Below, in pieces: positions 30,132 through 39,945 of a DNA stretch of 40,000 nt (positions are counted from its first letter, which is position 1; each line of letters starts with the position of its first letter). Source of the DNA: Prevotella phage Lak-B8; sequence record MK250027.1; one strand, written 5' to 3'. Below the pieces are notes generated by a model. That model saw only the letters and a program-made list of their open reading frames with translations, ran no database searches and was not told the origin of the DNA. Made by a program: the position numbers and the translations under genes.

Positions 30132-31179
30132 AAAAATCGAATTCCTCGTCCAAATTGATGTTGAATATTGCTTTGATTCCGCCTTGAAAGTTAAGCGGTG
30201 TTTCGGCCTCGGCTCCGCTTTCATCTTGATAAACTAATTTTGGTGTAATAGCTTCTTGAAGAATACTCTTGACTTTAGAAACAAGCGACCATTCATATGG
30301 ACCCCAATCCATTGTATTCCTAAGAATCTCGCCATAACTTGAATCATTTAACTTTCTATAATCAGAAATAAGCATAGGTGCAATTGTAATGAAATCTTGA
30401 TCAAATTGTTCTTGTCTCTGTTGTTTTCTTCTCATATAATCTTTCAACCATTGAGTAACACCAACACATGGCATGTAAATATCAATAGATTTAACTCTAG
30501 GATTTTTAACAGGGAATGTAAAACAACGTTTTTCCATATTATAATATTTCATCATCTTATCACTAATATCGATAAAACTAATATCATCCTTATGTACAAC
30601 AATTTCTTTATTCTCTGTTACCTTAATCTTCAATTCATTATTTCCTTCAGTAAATGTAAAATCACGAATTGCAAGAATAACATAAAATCTATCAATTTCC
30701 TTAAGGTCTTTCCATGAAGCTGTTCCAGTCGGGAATGAAATCTTCATACAGCGCTCTATAATATATGTCAATGCGTCATCAATTGCACTTACATCAGTTT
30801 CATCAACCATAGACCAGTGACGAATATCACCACCTGATGCTGAACGTATATAAATCTTTGTACCTTCTGGATAAAAAATTCCACCGGTAGGAAGAGACTC
30901 TAAAGGAAGTTCAACAAATCCCATACCATTATCTCTAACTTCTTGTCTAATCTATTCTTGTACAATAGCATGTGCTTCTTTCATAGAAGGCTTCATTTTT
31001 GACTATGCAACTTGTTCTGCAAAATTATCCTATGCAGTCTTAGGTACAGATGGTGCTTTCTTTATATTTTGTTTTGTTTGTCCTTGTTCAATTTCTGCAA
31101 GATGTGCTGCTCCTTCTTCCGTTTGTGCATACTGAGCAAGTACATCTTCAATTGTATGTTTCTTATCTTCTGTTGCCAT
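30130..31179 (-). CDS. Tail/baseplate-associated protein, possibly T4 gp26-like or a tail-assembly chaperone (349 aa)
   Basis: With TAG=Q the start moves to MATEDKKHTIEDVLAQYAQTEEGAAHLAEIEQGQTKQNIKKAPSVPKTA(Q)DNFAEQVA(Q)SKMKPSMKEAHAIVQE(Q)IRQEVRDNGMGFVELPLESLPTGGIFYPEGTKIYIRSASGGDIRHWSMVDETD. Confidence 0.65.
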
Positions 31180-31245
31180 TTTTTAACTATAATTTTAAAT
31201 TTTACTAAATTATTTTAATTTTGTTTACTTTTTATTAGATTTTTA

Positions 31246-33477
31246 TTATGAATAATATTCCACTTTACCCTCATAGAGTGTAGACTAATTTGAATCATTA
31301 TTATCACTGTCTGTGACAATAGCGAAATATCTATCTGTTGATGATACATTCATAATTCTCTTGACGTTTTCTTCTGATATGTAAAATACGATCTAACCAA
31401 TTCCTAAATTAAGTGCATTACTGTCACCATTTGGTTTTATCTTAATTTTATTACCATCATTAGAAGGGAATACAAGATAATATCTAAACGGACCAGTTAA
31501 ATCATAAGGAATTCTAATATTATCTTCATTAAGATTAAATAGTCTAAACACATAATTTGTTGATGAATGTTTAAGTTTCAATGTCATCTATCCCTATGTA
31601 TAAAGATTACTATCATTCATATCTTTAATGGTGATATTAGTTGCATCATAATAACTGCGAATAATCTTTGGTTGTGATTCTTTATATTTTACTGTTTGCT
31701 ATACAGAATCTTTCTTTATTTGATTAACAACCTTATAAGTTACAATATTATTTATAATAGATTTTGGAGACATGTATAATTGAACTTGTTCATAAGGAAT
31801 AGTCATTGTTGCTGTTCTGATAGCTTCAACACTTGTTAATCTGTTTATTAATCTACATGTATATGAAATAGAAATAGAATTACATACCATATTATTTTGT
31901 ATTTTAAGTTTAGGAGTAAAGTTACATTTCCAAAATGATCCTTCAACATTAAAATCATGTTTACCATAATCAATGATATTAGTAAAACTCTCCATTACAT
32001 CTATTGTATCATCTTCATCATGTACTTCAAGTATTCTTGTTATTTGTCTATATTTATATGTAACAGAAACTTCATTATAAATAACCCATTTATATGCATC
32101 CTAACCATATGTCTATACAAATGAATCAATATCTGAATTAGTTAAATTATCATAAAAACCTTCTGATACCAATGGAATTTCACCATTTTCTATTCTATTC
32201 ATAATATCTGGTGTTAATTCCTTTGCTTTATTTCCTTCACCATATACAGGATAATAAACAATTTCTTTATTATCAGTATCTTCATATAATCTTACATTAA
32301 AATAATCGGAATTCGATTTATACTTTAATGTTATAGTATTAATAGGGTCCTAATGAAACTTAGATGAATATATCTAAGGATCTACAGATGTTAAATTTTC
32401 TTCTGATACAGTAGCGAAATTCACTATCAATGTAGGGTCTTCTAATATTTGATAGTCTAAAATTCGTTTATTATCAGACTATATATTACCTTCACTATCT
32501 AATGTATTAATCTTTGATGGAACCTTTCCATACCATGCAACTGGTTTCTTTGACCCTTCAATATATTCATATTCTGTAATTATCTATCCATGTCCATATG
32601 GTGATTCAACAGAATATGGTTGCGTATTCAAAGACATATAATATGCAGACGGTACAAGAAATTCTATATATCTGTCATAAAACCTACCATTTTGATATAT
32701 AGGAGTCTTATGCCATTTAACGACATTATGTAATATCAAACATTCCTTTGGAAAAAATATATCAAGAAGATAAAAATCTGTATAATCATATACTAATTTT
32801 TCTACTTCTATGTCATTTATATTATTATTCGCATATGCTGATTGTAAAACATCTGGTTTATTTTTAATAATCTCTTCATTATTATCTACATATACATGTT
32901 GAGTTTCAAATACTGGATTATTATTTTCATCAAACATCTTATATGAATTACTATTAGGATAATACTTTTGCTATGGTGCTAAATATCTGGCATTAGTTTT
33001 TACCTATAATGATATACCTGCTAATCTATCCAATGTAAATCCATATATAAAGTGTAATCTGATTTTATCATAATGCATCTTTCCTGTATGATTTTCATAT
33101 GCTTCAGTATTATCTTTAAAGTTTAATAAATCATTGTTATCATATGTATATGCTTTATCACTTTTAATTCCTGTATAAACTAATTTTTTAGTACTACTGT
33201 CTAATACTTTATATTGCTTATCATTTTTTTCTAATCCTACAAAAGTATATTCAGACTATGATTCATCAGGAAATTTTATAAAATACTAACCATTAGAATA
33301 ACGATCATCTATATCCTATGGTTTCTCTGTATAATATGCATTTCCATCTTTACCTGTATATATTGTATAATTTACTTCTTTCTCGTTTGGTGTTTCAGAT
33401 GTATCATCATACTAGTTAGCTATATATTCTAACATTATTTGATTTGTCACCTAATAAAACTTTGATAACTCTGCCAT
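31246..33477 (-). CDS. Large virion-structural (baseplate-wedge-like) protein, 743 aa, about 18 in-frame TAGs
   Basis: TAG-readthrough frame joins track ORFs 32584-32937, 31699-31995 and 31393-31587: MAELSKFY(Q)VTNQIMLEYIAN(Q)YDDTSETPNEKEVNYTIY...KMHYDKIRLHFIYGFTLDRLAGISL(Q)VKTNARYLAP(Q)QKYYPNS...SLYEGKVEYYS then TAA. No standard-code ORF covers it. The structural role is inferred from neighbourhood. Confidence 0.75.
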
Positions 33478-33536
33478 CTTTCTTTACTACTTAATTGTTA
33501 ATGTATTTATTATGAATATTTCATCATATCACTTTT

Positions 33537-34319
33537 TTAGAATTGAATAATCCCATATGAAACTCCTATACCAACATAAGGTGTCAACTTTAAATCTTTA
33601 CTTAAACCATATCCTACTGTTGGTCCTATAGACCATTTCTTCTGCTTATAATATTTTTTCAAATATTTAGATTTTGTAGGATCAAACATAACTCCATCCA
33701 TATTAGAAATTGAAATATATGGATTATCAGTTTTTCCTATTAATCGAATTCCCTTCTTATCTTCTATAATATCTAATGTTAAATTAGCGTCTAATTTAAA
33801 TGAATCTAATCGTGTAGTAAAATCAGAAAAATCTTTTCTTACATCAGTAACACCATTAACAGTATAATAACCTTTTGGTTCATCTATATGCCATTGCAAA
33901 TTATAAATAGAATCACCATTAATTATTGTATCTGATTTAGCATATACTTTTTGTATACGTACTTTTGTTTCTGTCTTCGTTACTACTAATGGATTATCTT
34001 TTAAATTTTTTACTTCATTAGATAACTCACAATTTTGTTTCTGTAAATCTTTTACATTCTGAACATATATCTGTTTTGCAACATATAAAGATTTTACTTT
34101 ATTTTTATATATGTCCAATGAATCAGAATCATAAATTACCATTGGTGTTTGAATAAATTTATCTTCATAATAATTAGATTTTATATACAGACCTAATGCA
34201 ATCATACATAAAAGAATAATAACATAATCTCTAAATGTTAATTTATGAAATAACCATATAAAAATATTTTTTATTGTTGTTAATATCTTGTTAATCATAA
34301 TGTTATAAACTTTTTTCAA
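33537..34319 (-). CDS. Membrane-anchored coiled-coil protein (260 aa), possibly envelope/spanin-like
   Basis: One TM segment FRDYVIILLCMIALGLYI, then a periplasmic-type coiled coil and a C-terminal beta-like VGYGLSKDLKLTPYVGIGVSYG. Confidence 0.6.
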   Translation of the reverse strand: MKKVYNIMINKILTTIKNIFIWLFHKLTFRDYVIILLCMIALGLYIKSNYYEDKFIQTPMVIYDSDSLDIYKNKVKSLYVAKQIYVQNVKDLQKQNCELSNEVKNLKDNPLVVTKTETKVRIQKVYAKSDTIINGDSIYNLQWHIDEPKGYYTVNGVTDVRKDFSDFTTRLDSFKLDANLTLDIIEDKKGIRLIGKTDNPYISISNMDGVMFDPTKSKYLKKYYKQKKWSIGPTVGYGLSKDLKLTPYVGIGVSYGIIQF

Positions 34320-34346
34320 TTTTTATTAAAAATATTTCTTAAAAAT

Positions 34347-34910
34347 GTAGACTTTTTCTTCAAAAGTAAGTAAAATAAATACTGGTATTTTGAGAGGTTA
34401 AGATATTAAAGAAATATATAAAGAAAAATTAAATTTAATTTGAAAAATTAATTTTCTTTTGGTTCTTTTCTTTTTGATTTCTTTTTGATTACTTTTTCTT
34501 TGTCTACTTTCTTTTTAAAAAATAAATTTTTATATTTATTAATTATATTTAATTATATCTAAAAAAACTATATTAAATTTTTATAATGATAAATATTATT
34601 GATAATCAGCTAATTATAAATTATTTTTAAAAATTATAAAAATAATTCATTAAAAAGTAGACTTTTTCTGAAAAGCTTAGTATAATAAATATGTTAGTAT
34701 TTAAGGATGTGATAGATATTATATATAAATTATTTAAAAAATTAATTATTATATAATATTGAAAAATTAATTTTCTTTTGGTTCTTTTCTTTGCATACTT
34801 TCTTTTTGAAGGTAAGTTTTTAGAGAGATAAATATTGTAGGATCAATTTTTATTTAGTTAATGAAAATATGATTTTTCTTTGGTTACTTTCTTTTTAGAA
34901 AATTAATTTT
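34347..34910. repeat. Degenerate repeats in a large non-coding spacer
   Basis: Exact 33-bp repeat TGAAAAATTAATTTTCTTTTGGTTCTTTTCTTT at 34441-34473 and 34760-34792; related GATTTTTCTTTGGTTACTTTCTTTTTAGAAAATTAATTTT near 34871; GTAGACTTTTTCT twice, near 34348 and 34658. Confidence 0.75.
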
Positions 34911-34986
34911 TAGATTTTAGAATATTGAAAATATTATATATAGAAAAAGAGATATGTCATTCAAAAACATATCTCTTTTTTCATAC

Positions 34987-37284
34987 TTATTTCATTTCTT
35001 CTTTAATTTGCATCATTCGTAAATTAATTAGAATTTCATTTAATTTAGTTTCATCAACAGAATCAGGAATAGAAGAATGTTTCATAATTTCATACATTTC
35101 TTCTTTTTCTTTATCTGCTAATTTAATTAATTCATCATATTCATATTTATGGTTTCGAATATTCATAAGAAAATCATGATCTTCAGTTCTATAGAGTTTC
35201 ATTCCTTTTCCTAATGCAATTTCTTTTGCCATATGAATAAGACGAAAGCTATGCATCATGTTCTTAGAATTTCCATGAAATGCAACTTTATAATTATTTC
35301 TAGTTACAAGCGTATGATTTTTATTTTCAAAACATACAATTCTTTCATTAATTACATTTTTAATGTGCCAATGTTTATCATTTTCATTAAAATGAATTGC
35401 ATTAGTTGATTCTGTATTTTTTGATATAAAAATTTGATATTTTGGTAAGATAATACCATCTTTACGTATATAACCATTTTTATGTAAATAATTATCATTA
35501 CATCCATAAAATTGACAATTATATCCATTACATATTAATAATGTATATAATGAATCTGCTAATTTTTTTGAAGACGTATAATAAACATAATGACCTTTAT
35601 TTTTATTTTTTGTACCATCACCTAAAATCATAATATTTAATAATATATCAACTTGTCGTTTTGATAATTTATTACAAAATGATGGTAATTCTTTTTCATA
35701 AGAATAATATCCATTACATTGTTTACAAATATTAAGAATATTTGAATCTCTAATTATCCATGAAATTTCTATATCATTTTTTTTATTTCTATTTGATTTA
35801 TATTCTTTAATATTAATACTTTTTATATTTCTAATAATATTTGTAAAATCTTTATGCTCATATTGACCTATACGTATAGCATTAATTTCATGCTTTTTAT
35901 TATATTCAAAAGTACCTTCTGATAAAAATGCGCCTAATATAATTAATTCATCATCTGTTATATTATAATCTTTATTATTATTATTTAAATGACGAAGTTG
36001 ATGAAAATATGAGCGTTTATTATTAAATAAATCTTTAATTTTAATTAATTGCCAATTTGATTTTTCTTTTATATATTTTGTAGAGAAATTTGTTGAAATA
36101 TTTCTATGAATTGGTGAAACATACATTTTATGGTTATCTGTGACAGAAAAACGTGTATATCTATTTTCAAATGTATATATTATACCCGAATAACTATCAG
36201 AGAATCTGCTTAAAATGGGTACAAATTGTATATTATGATTATTATCAAAAGAAGCTATTAATTCATCATTTGATATATCATCATATTTTTTCCACCCATT
36301 TATTGTTAAAAATTCTGTTTCATTATTTAAATAACAATCATAGTTTTTATTGAGATTCGATTCATATCTCACAGGGTTTCTATTCTTTTCCCATTCTTTG
36401 TATTCCTTATATCTTCTACAATGATCTTGAAATCCATCTACATTATATGATATTTGACAAATAGGTAAATCATCTTTATCATCGATAGAAGATAAACGAA
36501 GTTGAGTTGTATGTGAAACAATTTCAGTAGTTAACCCTCTATAATGAATAATAGGTTCATCATCAATAGAAGGAAATCTTTTTATTCTATCATAATTAAG
36601 TTCTAATCTTGAATTAATAAGAATTTCCTTATCTTCAGGATGTTCATATAGGTGTCTACCCCAATCATAAAACATGTGATAATTATTTCGCATGTGATTA
36701 ATATTACACAAACCACAATATTCTATACGTAGTCCATATTCCTTTAGAAAATTAACAATATTTTGTGAACCTTGTTTTCTAAATGTATATGTAAAATCAA
36801 GGGGTGTTTTCCGTTCTGTAATAGGATTTACAATTTTTTTATTAAGACCTCTTGCCTTATAAATTTGTGATTCTGCATACTTATAGAATGAAGTGAAACA
36901 TTGTTTAGTTAAAAACATGTCTCTATGTTCACGTAGATATTTCATAATAGGATGAATTTCGCCTATAATAAATCTATCATCTACAAACAAAGCTTCAAGA
37001 ATATTAGGGTTTGCTTTTACAAGGAGTGAAATGAATTTATTTAATTCATACCATTTGTTATCATTCTTTGCATCAGCAACTTCTTCCTTATATGAATTAT
37101 ATCCAAGAAGTTCTTTAATTGAACAGATAAAAATTCCACCTGAATCAATATCTGAAGATTCTGTTGAAAGACCATATGAAGTAGAGCCCCTGACATATTC
37201 TATAAGAAGTCTTCCTTCATTCCTAATTTTATCAAATTCAGGGATACCTACAGTTTCTGATTTAAAATTTTTATAATTCTCCAT
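34987..37284 (-). CDS. Predicted nucleotidyltransferase interrupted by an in-frame intein (765 aa precursor)
   Basis: Host: LLIEYVRGSTSYGLSTESSDIDSGGIF (NTase) ... ESNLNKNYD | intein | SKNMMHSFRLIHMAKEIALGKG. No in-frame TAG. Confidence 0.85.
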   Translation of the reverse strand: MENYKNFKSETVGIPEFDKIRNEGRLLIEYVRGSTSYGLSTESSDIDSGGIFICSIKELLGYNSYKEEVADAKNDNKWYELNKFISLLVKANPNILEALFVDDRFIIGEIHPIMKYLREHRDMFLTKQCFTSFYKYAESQIYKARGLNKKIVNPITERKTPLDFTYTFRKQGSQNIVNFLKEYGLRIEYCGLCNINHMRNNYHMFYDWGRHLYEHPEDKEILINSRLELNYDRIKRFPSIDDEPIIHYRGLTTEIVSHTTQLRLSSIDDKDDLPICQISYNVDGFQDHCRRYKEYKEWEKNRNPVRYESNLNKNYDCYLNNETEFLTINGWKKYDDISNDELIASFDNNHNIQFVPILSRFSDSYSGIIYTFENRYTRFSVTDNHKMYVSPIHRNISTNFSTKYIKEKSNWQLIKIKDLFNNKRSYFHQLRHLNNNNKDYNITDDELIILGAFLSEGTFEYNKKHEINAIRIGQYEHKDFTNIIRNIKSINIKEYKSNRNKKNDIEISWIIRDSNILNICKQCNGYYSYEKELPSFCNKLSKRQVDILLNIMILGDGTKNKNKGHYVYYTSSKKLADSLYTLLICNGYNCQFYGCNDNYLHKNGYIRKDGIILPKYQIFISKNTESTNAIHFNENDKHWHIKNVINERIVCFENKNHTLVTRNNYKVAFHGNSKNMMHSFRLIHMAKEIALGKGMKLYRTEDHDFLMNIRNHKYEYDELIKLADKEKEEMYEIMKHSSIPDSVDETKLNEILINLRMMQIKEEMK
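35269..36336 (-). other. Contiguous intein (about 356 aa) with LAGLIDADG-type endonuclease domain
   Basis: Starts CYLNNETEFLTINGWKKYDDI; block B-like FSVTDNHKMYV; dodecapeptide-like LGAFLSEGT and LLNIMILGDGT; C-terminal VTRNNYKVAFHGN before +1 Ser. Confidence 0.85.
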
Positions 37285-37287
37285 AAT

Positions 37288-37887
37288 TTATGAAATATAA
37301 AGTAAAGTAATTCCGTCACTGTGAACATCAATAGATTTAAATGTCTGTTTAAATTTTGACATGTCAAATCCAGTTGTTAAAAGATGACATCCATTTTTTG
37401 TAGGAACACTCATGTAAATTTTATTGGTTACATTAATAGGTTGAGCATTGTTAATATATGAAACAATTTCATTATAATCATCTGAACCAATATCAATATT
37501 ATCAAGATCTACAAGATACAATTTTTCATTGCCATCCTGCTTACCACATATACCACATGCAGAATTAAGTGATTTACTCATATGTTTCCAATTCCCTTTA
37601 CGAATTTCCTGTGTAATAAGAGAAATCTGTTCAAGCATTACAGATTCTGCATCCAAACAATTCATCTTAATGTATGCACGTGCATTATGCATATCGCAAA
37701 GTTCAATGATACGATGTTCAATCTTTTCAAATTGTTCAATACTGAAAATATAGAAACTTTCAATAGGAATTGAATATGCTTTCATTTCAGGATTTTCCTT
37801 CTTACGTTTAAGAATCTGAATAAAGTAAAAGGAACGTTCATTCCGAAAGTGAAGTTTTGATTTTATAAGTTCAAAATTATTAACCAT
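37288..37887 (-). CDS. Hypothetical protein (199 aa)
   Basis: Intact ORF, abuts the NTase gene; ACGICGKQ motif. Confidence 0.65.
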   Translation of the reverse strand: MVNNFELIKSKLHFRNERSFYFIQILKRKKENPEMKAYSIPIESFYIFSIEQFEKIEHRIIELCDMHNARAYIKMNCLDAESVMLEQISLITQEIRKGNWKHMSKSLNSACGICGKQDGNEKLYLVDLDNIDIGSDDYNEIVSYINNAQPINVTNKIYMSVPTKNGCHLLTTGFDMSKFKQTFKSIDVHSDGITLLYIS

Positions 37888-37910
37888 AATTTATATATTT
37901 TTGATTAGCT

Positions 37911-37997
37911 TCATATTCGCTCCGTATCGTGTTATTTTTACTATACCTTAATACTTTACTATCTTTGATATTATAATGCGATGTGGGATGAATATGA
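37911..37997. other. Long inverted repeat / candidate structured RNA element (hairpin 1)
   Basis: TCATATTCGCTCCGTATCGTGTTAT / ATAATGCGATGTGGGATGAATATGA: 24 of 25 positions pair on the + strand when G-U is allowed. Confidence 0.5.
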
Positions 37998-38062
37998 TAT
38001 AAAATTTAAGATTTTTATTATTAATTACAATGTTTACATTATATTCATCTATTTTCTATATA

Positions 38063-38347
38063 TTATTCTTTATTAAGTTGTTTTTTAAGTTCTTCAATTT
38101 CTTTTTTCATTCTATAATATTCTTTTCTATCAAGAATAACTAAATTACCTTGCTTGGATTTTGTAGCAAATTTTTCTATATCATTATTATAACGAGATGA
38201 AATATATTCTGCTTGTGCGGAAGCATCTCTTTCTTTTTCTGAAAGAAATAGTCGAACTTTCTTTATTTCTGATACAGCTTCATCTTGATAATCAGTATCT
38301 ATATCACATTTAATATAATTATATATTGAAACATATCCGTATATCAT
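38063..38347 (-). CDS. Hypothetical coiled-coil protein (94 aa)
   Basis: Intact ORF, C-terminal KKEIEELKKQLNKE coiled coil. Confidence 0.55.
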   Translation of the reverse strand: MIYGYVSIYNYIKCDIDTDYQDEAVSEIKKVRLFLSEKERDASAQAEYISSRYNNDIEKFATKSKQGNLVILDRKEYYRMKKEIEELKKQLNKE

Positions 38348-38428
38348 AATTATAATTTTTAATTGTTATTGTAAATCAAAGATACATATTTTAATTGAAA
38401 TAAAAAAATAATTATGTAAAATAATAAA

Positions 38429-38507
38429 ATTCTCTCTGTATCACATTATTTCTATATAAGCCTTATAGTTTATTGCTTAACATATTTTAATGCGATACAG
38501 AGAGAAT
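38429..38507. other. Long inverted repeat (hairpin 2), structured RNA or terminator
   Basis: ATTCTCTCTGTATCACATTA / TAATGCGATACAGAGAGAAT: 19 of 20 pairs; on the minus strand it is followed by TTTTATTATTTT. Confidence 0.6.
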
Positions 38508-38513
38508 ATGATA

Positions 38514-38813
38514 TTAATTTTCTGATATTTTCTTAATCATATTATAGTATTCATTTTGTGTCATCATAGTGAAGTCTTCTTTATTCATTATAACAACTTG
38601 ATTAGGTTCACGAAGATACCCTCCTTTTTCTTTGTCATATGTACAAATTGTTTTAAGAGTATCACTAAATTGATTATAAACAAAAAATGGATTAATTGAT
38701 ACTTTTATTTTAGTAAATCCAGTTACAACTCCTGCTATTATATCAGCATGTTTAGATTCTGCTATAGCGACAACATCACCAATCTTAATTACTCTACCCA
38801 ATAAATCTTTCAT
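38514..38813 (-). CDS. Hypothetical protein (99 aa), start likely at MKDLLGRVIKIGDVV
   Basis: The track starts it at 38879, but the upstream 22 residues look like non-coding translation overlapping the next gene; an internal ATG at 38813 fits better. Confidence 0.55.
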   Translation of the reverse strand: MKDLLGRVIKIGDVVAIAESKHADIIAGVVTGFTKIKVSINPFFVYNQFSDTLKTICTYDKEKGGYLREPNQVVIMNKEDFTMMTQNEYYNMIKKISEN

Positions 38814-38830
38814 AATAATAAAAATTAATG

Positions 38831-39499
38831 TTATCCTTCTAATGAACATTGCATATAATATGCGCATTCGCCTGAGCAAAAATTCATTTCTTGTGAAACA
38901 ACTTTCATAATACCTTGTATTCTTGCACGTGATATAATTGTTTTATGAACTAACTTATCTGTTGGAACTTGCTTCATACAATAATCACAAGGTGTATATC
39001 CTTTTTTATATTCATAATATTTCTTTTTTAATTCACGTTGTTTATTTTCAAATTGGCACTTATAATTTAAGCAATCTTGTTTATTTGGTGAATATTCTTT
39101 ATTATTAATTTGTGTATATTTTATGCCACATTTACAAGTACCATATGAAATTTCACCTTTAAGATCTACATATTTCTGCTTAGAATATAAATAATACCAA
39201 ATTTCATATTTTGCTCTTTTAATATTATTAAAATAATCTTGTAATATTTCAATATCTTTTTTAGAATAACGAAATTTATCTTTTATTTTTGGATAAAAAA
39301 TAGTTCTACTATTTTCATCTATATATGATACAGAAATGGATGTAACTTCCCATTCATTTACAGGTATACCTCTCAAATGAGTATCACAAGAATAAAGTAT
39401 TTTATATTGTGGATAATTTTTTAAAATATTATTATCATATTTTTTTATTTCATCTTCTAATTCATGAAATAATTCTGTATTTGTTTTCTTTTTCATCAA
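38831..39499 (-). CDS. Hypothetical Cys-rich (zinc-binding) protein (222 aa)
   Basis: Multiple CxxC motifs: YGTCKCGIKY, PCDYCMKQV, CSGECAYYMQC-like. Confidence 0.6.
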   Translation of the reverse strand: MMKKKTNTELFHELEDEIKKYDNNILKNYPQYKILYSCDTHLRGIPVNEWEVTSISVSYIDENSRTIFYPKIKDKFRYSKKDIEILQDYFNNIKRAKYEIWYYLYSKQKYVDLKGEISYGTCKCGIKYTQINNKEYSPNKQDCLNYKCQFENKQRELKKKYYEYKKGYTPCDYCMKQVPTDKLVHKTIISRARIQGIMKVVSQEMNFCSGECAYYMQCSLEG

Positions 39500-39588
39500 A
39501 AATAATTATTATTTTATGCAAACAAACATTAATATTTTGTGTATAATTAATGTTTGTTTGCATATATTGTTTCTAAAATCTGTTTCAT

Positions 39589-39945
39589 TTAAGTGATTTC
39601 GAATTTATATTCTACATCAAATTCTGTTGATTCATAATCATCATCGAGTTTATCCCATACATATGGATTATCTCCAAAATCATCTGCTAAATGATGTTTC
39701 CAATAGTCAGTTTTTGGTGATTCATTTGGAAGAATAATATGAATTGATACATAATTCTCATCATCTGTATGTTGTACAAATAAATAAGCACCTGTATGTT
39801 GATGCTTATAATATAAATTATTATATACTGATAATGTGTTATCATATATTAATTCATTTCTATTGATGGTAATATTTATTCCAGATGGATAATCATTACC
39901 ATTAATTAATGTATTAATAAGCTCAGTTAATGTTATAATATTCAT
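39589..39945 (-). CDS. Hypothetical protein (118 aa)
   Basis: Intact ORF. Confidence 0.55.
   Translation of the reverse strand: MNIITLTELINTLINGNDYPSGINITINRNELIYDNTLSVYNNLYYKHQHTGAYLFVQHTDDENYVSIHIILPNESPKTDYWKHHLADDFGDNPYVWDKLDDDYESTEFDVEYKFEIT

Noticed and set aside
31246-33477. Interpretation of this stretch as several small genes or a degraded gene
   Set aside because: The fragments are in one frame, separated only by TAG, and give a continuous well-composed protein.
34925-35179. + strand ORFs opposite the NTase-intein gene (34925-35179, 36153-36353, 37031-37276)
   Set aside because: Shadow ORFs opposite a 765-aa gene with strong NTase and intein motifs.
38814-38879. Upstream 22 residues of the 38514-38879 ORF
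   Set aside because: Overlap the 38831-39499 gene and the sequence MLRRMRILYAMFIRRITLIFII looks like non-coding translation; the internal ATG at 38813 is preferred.
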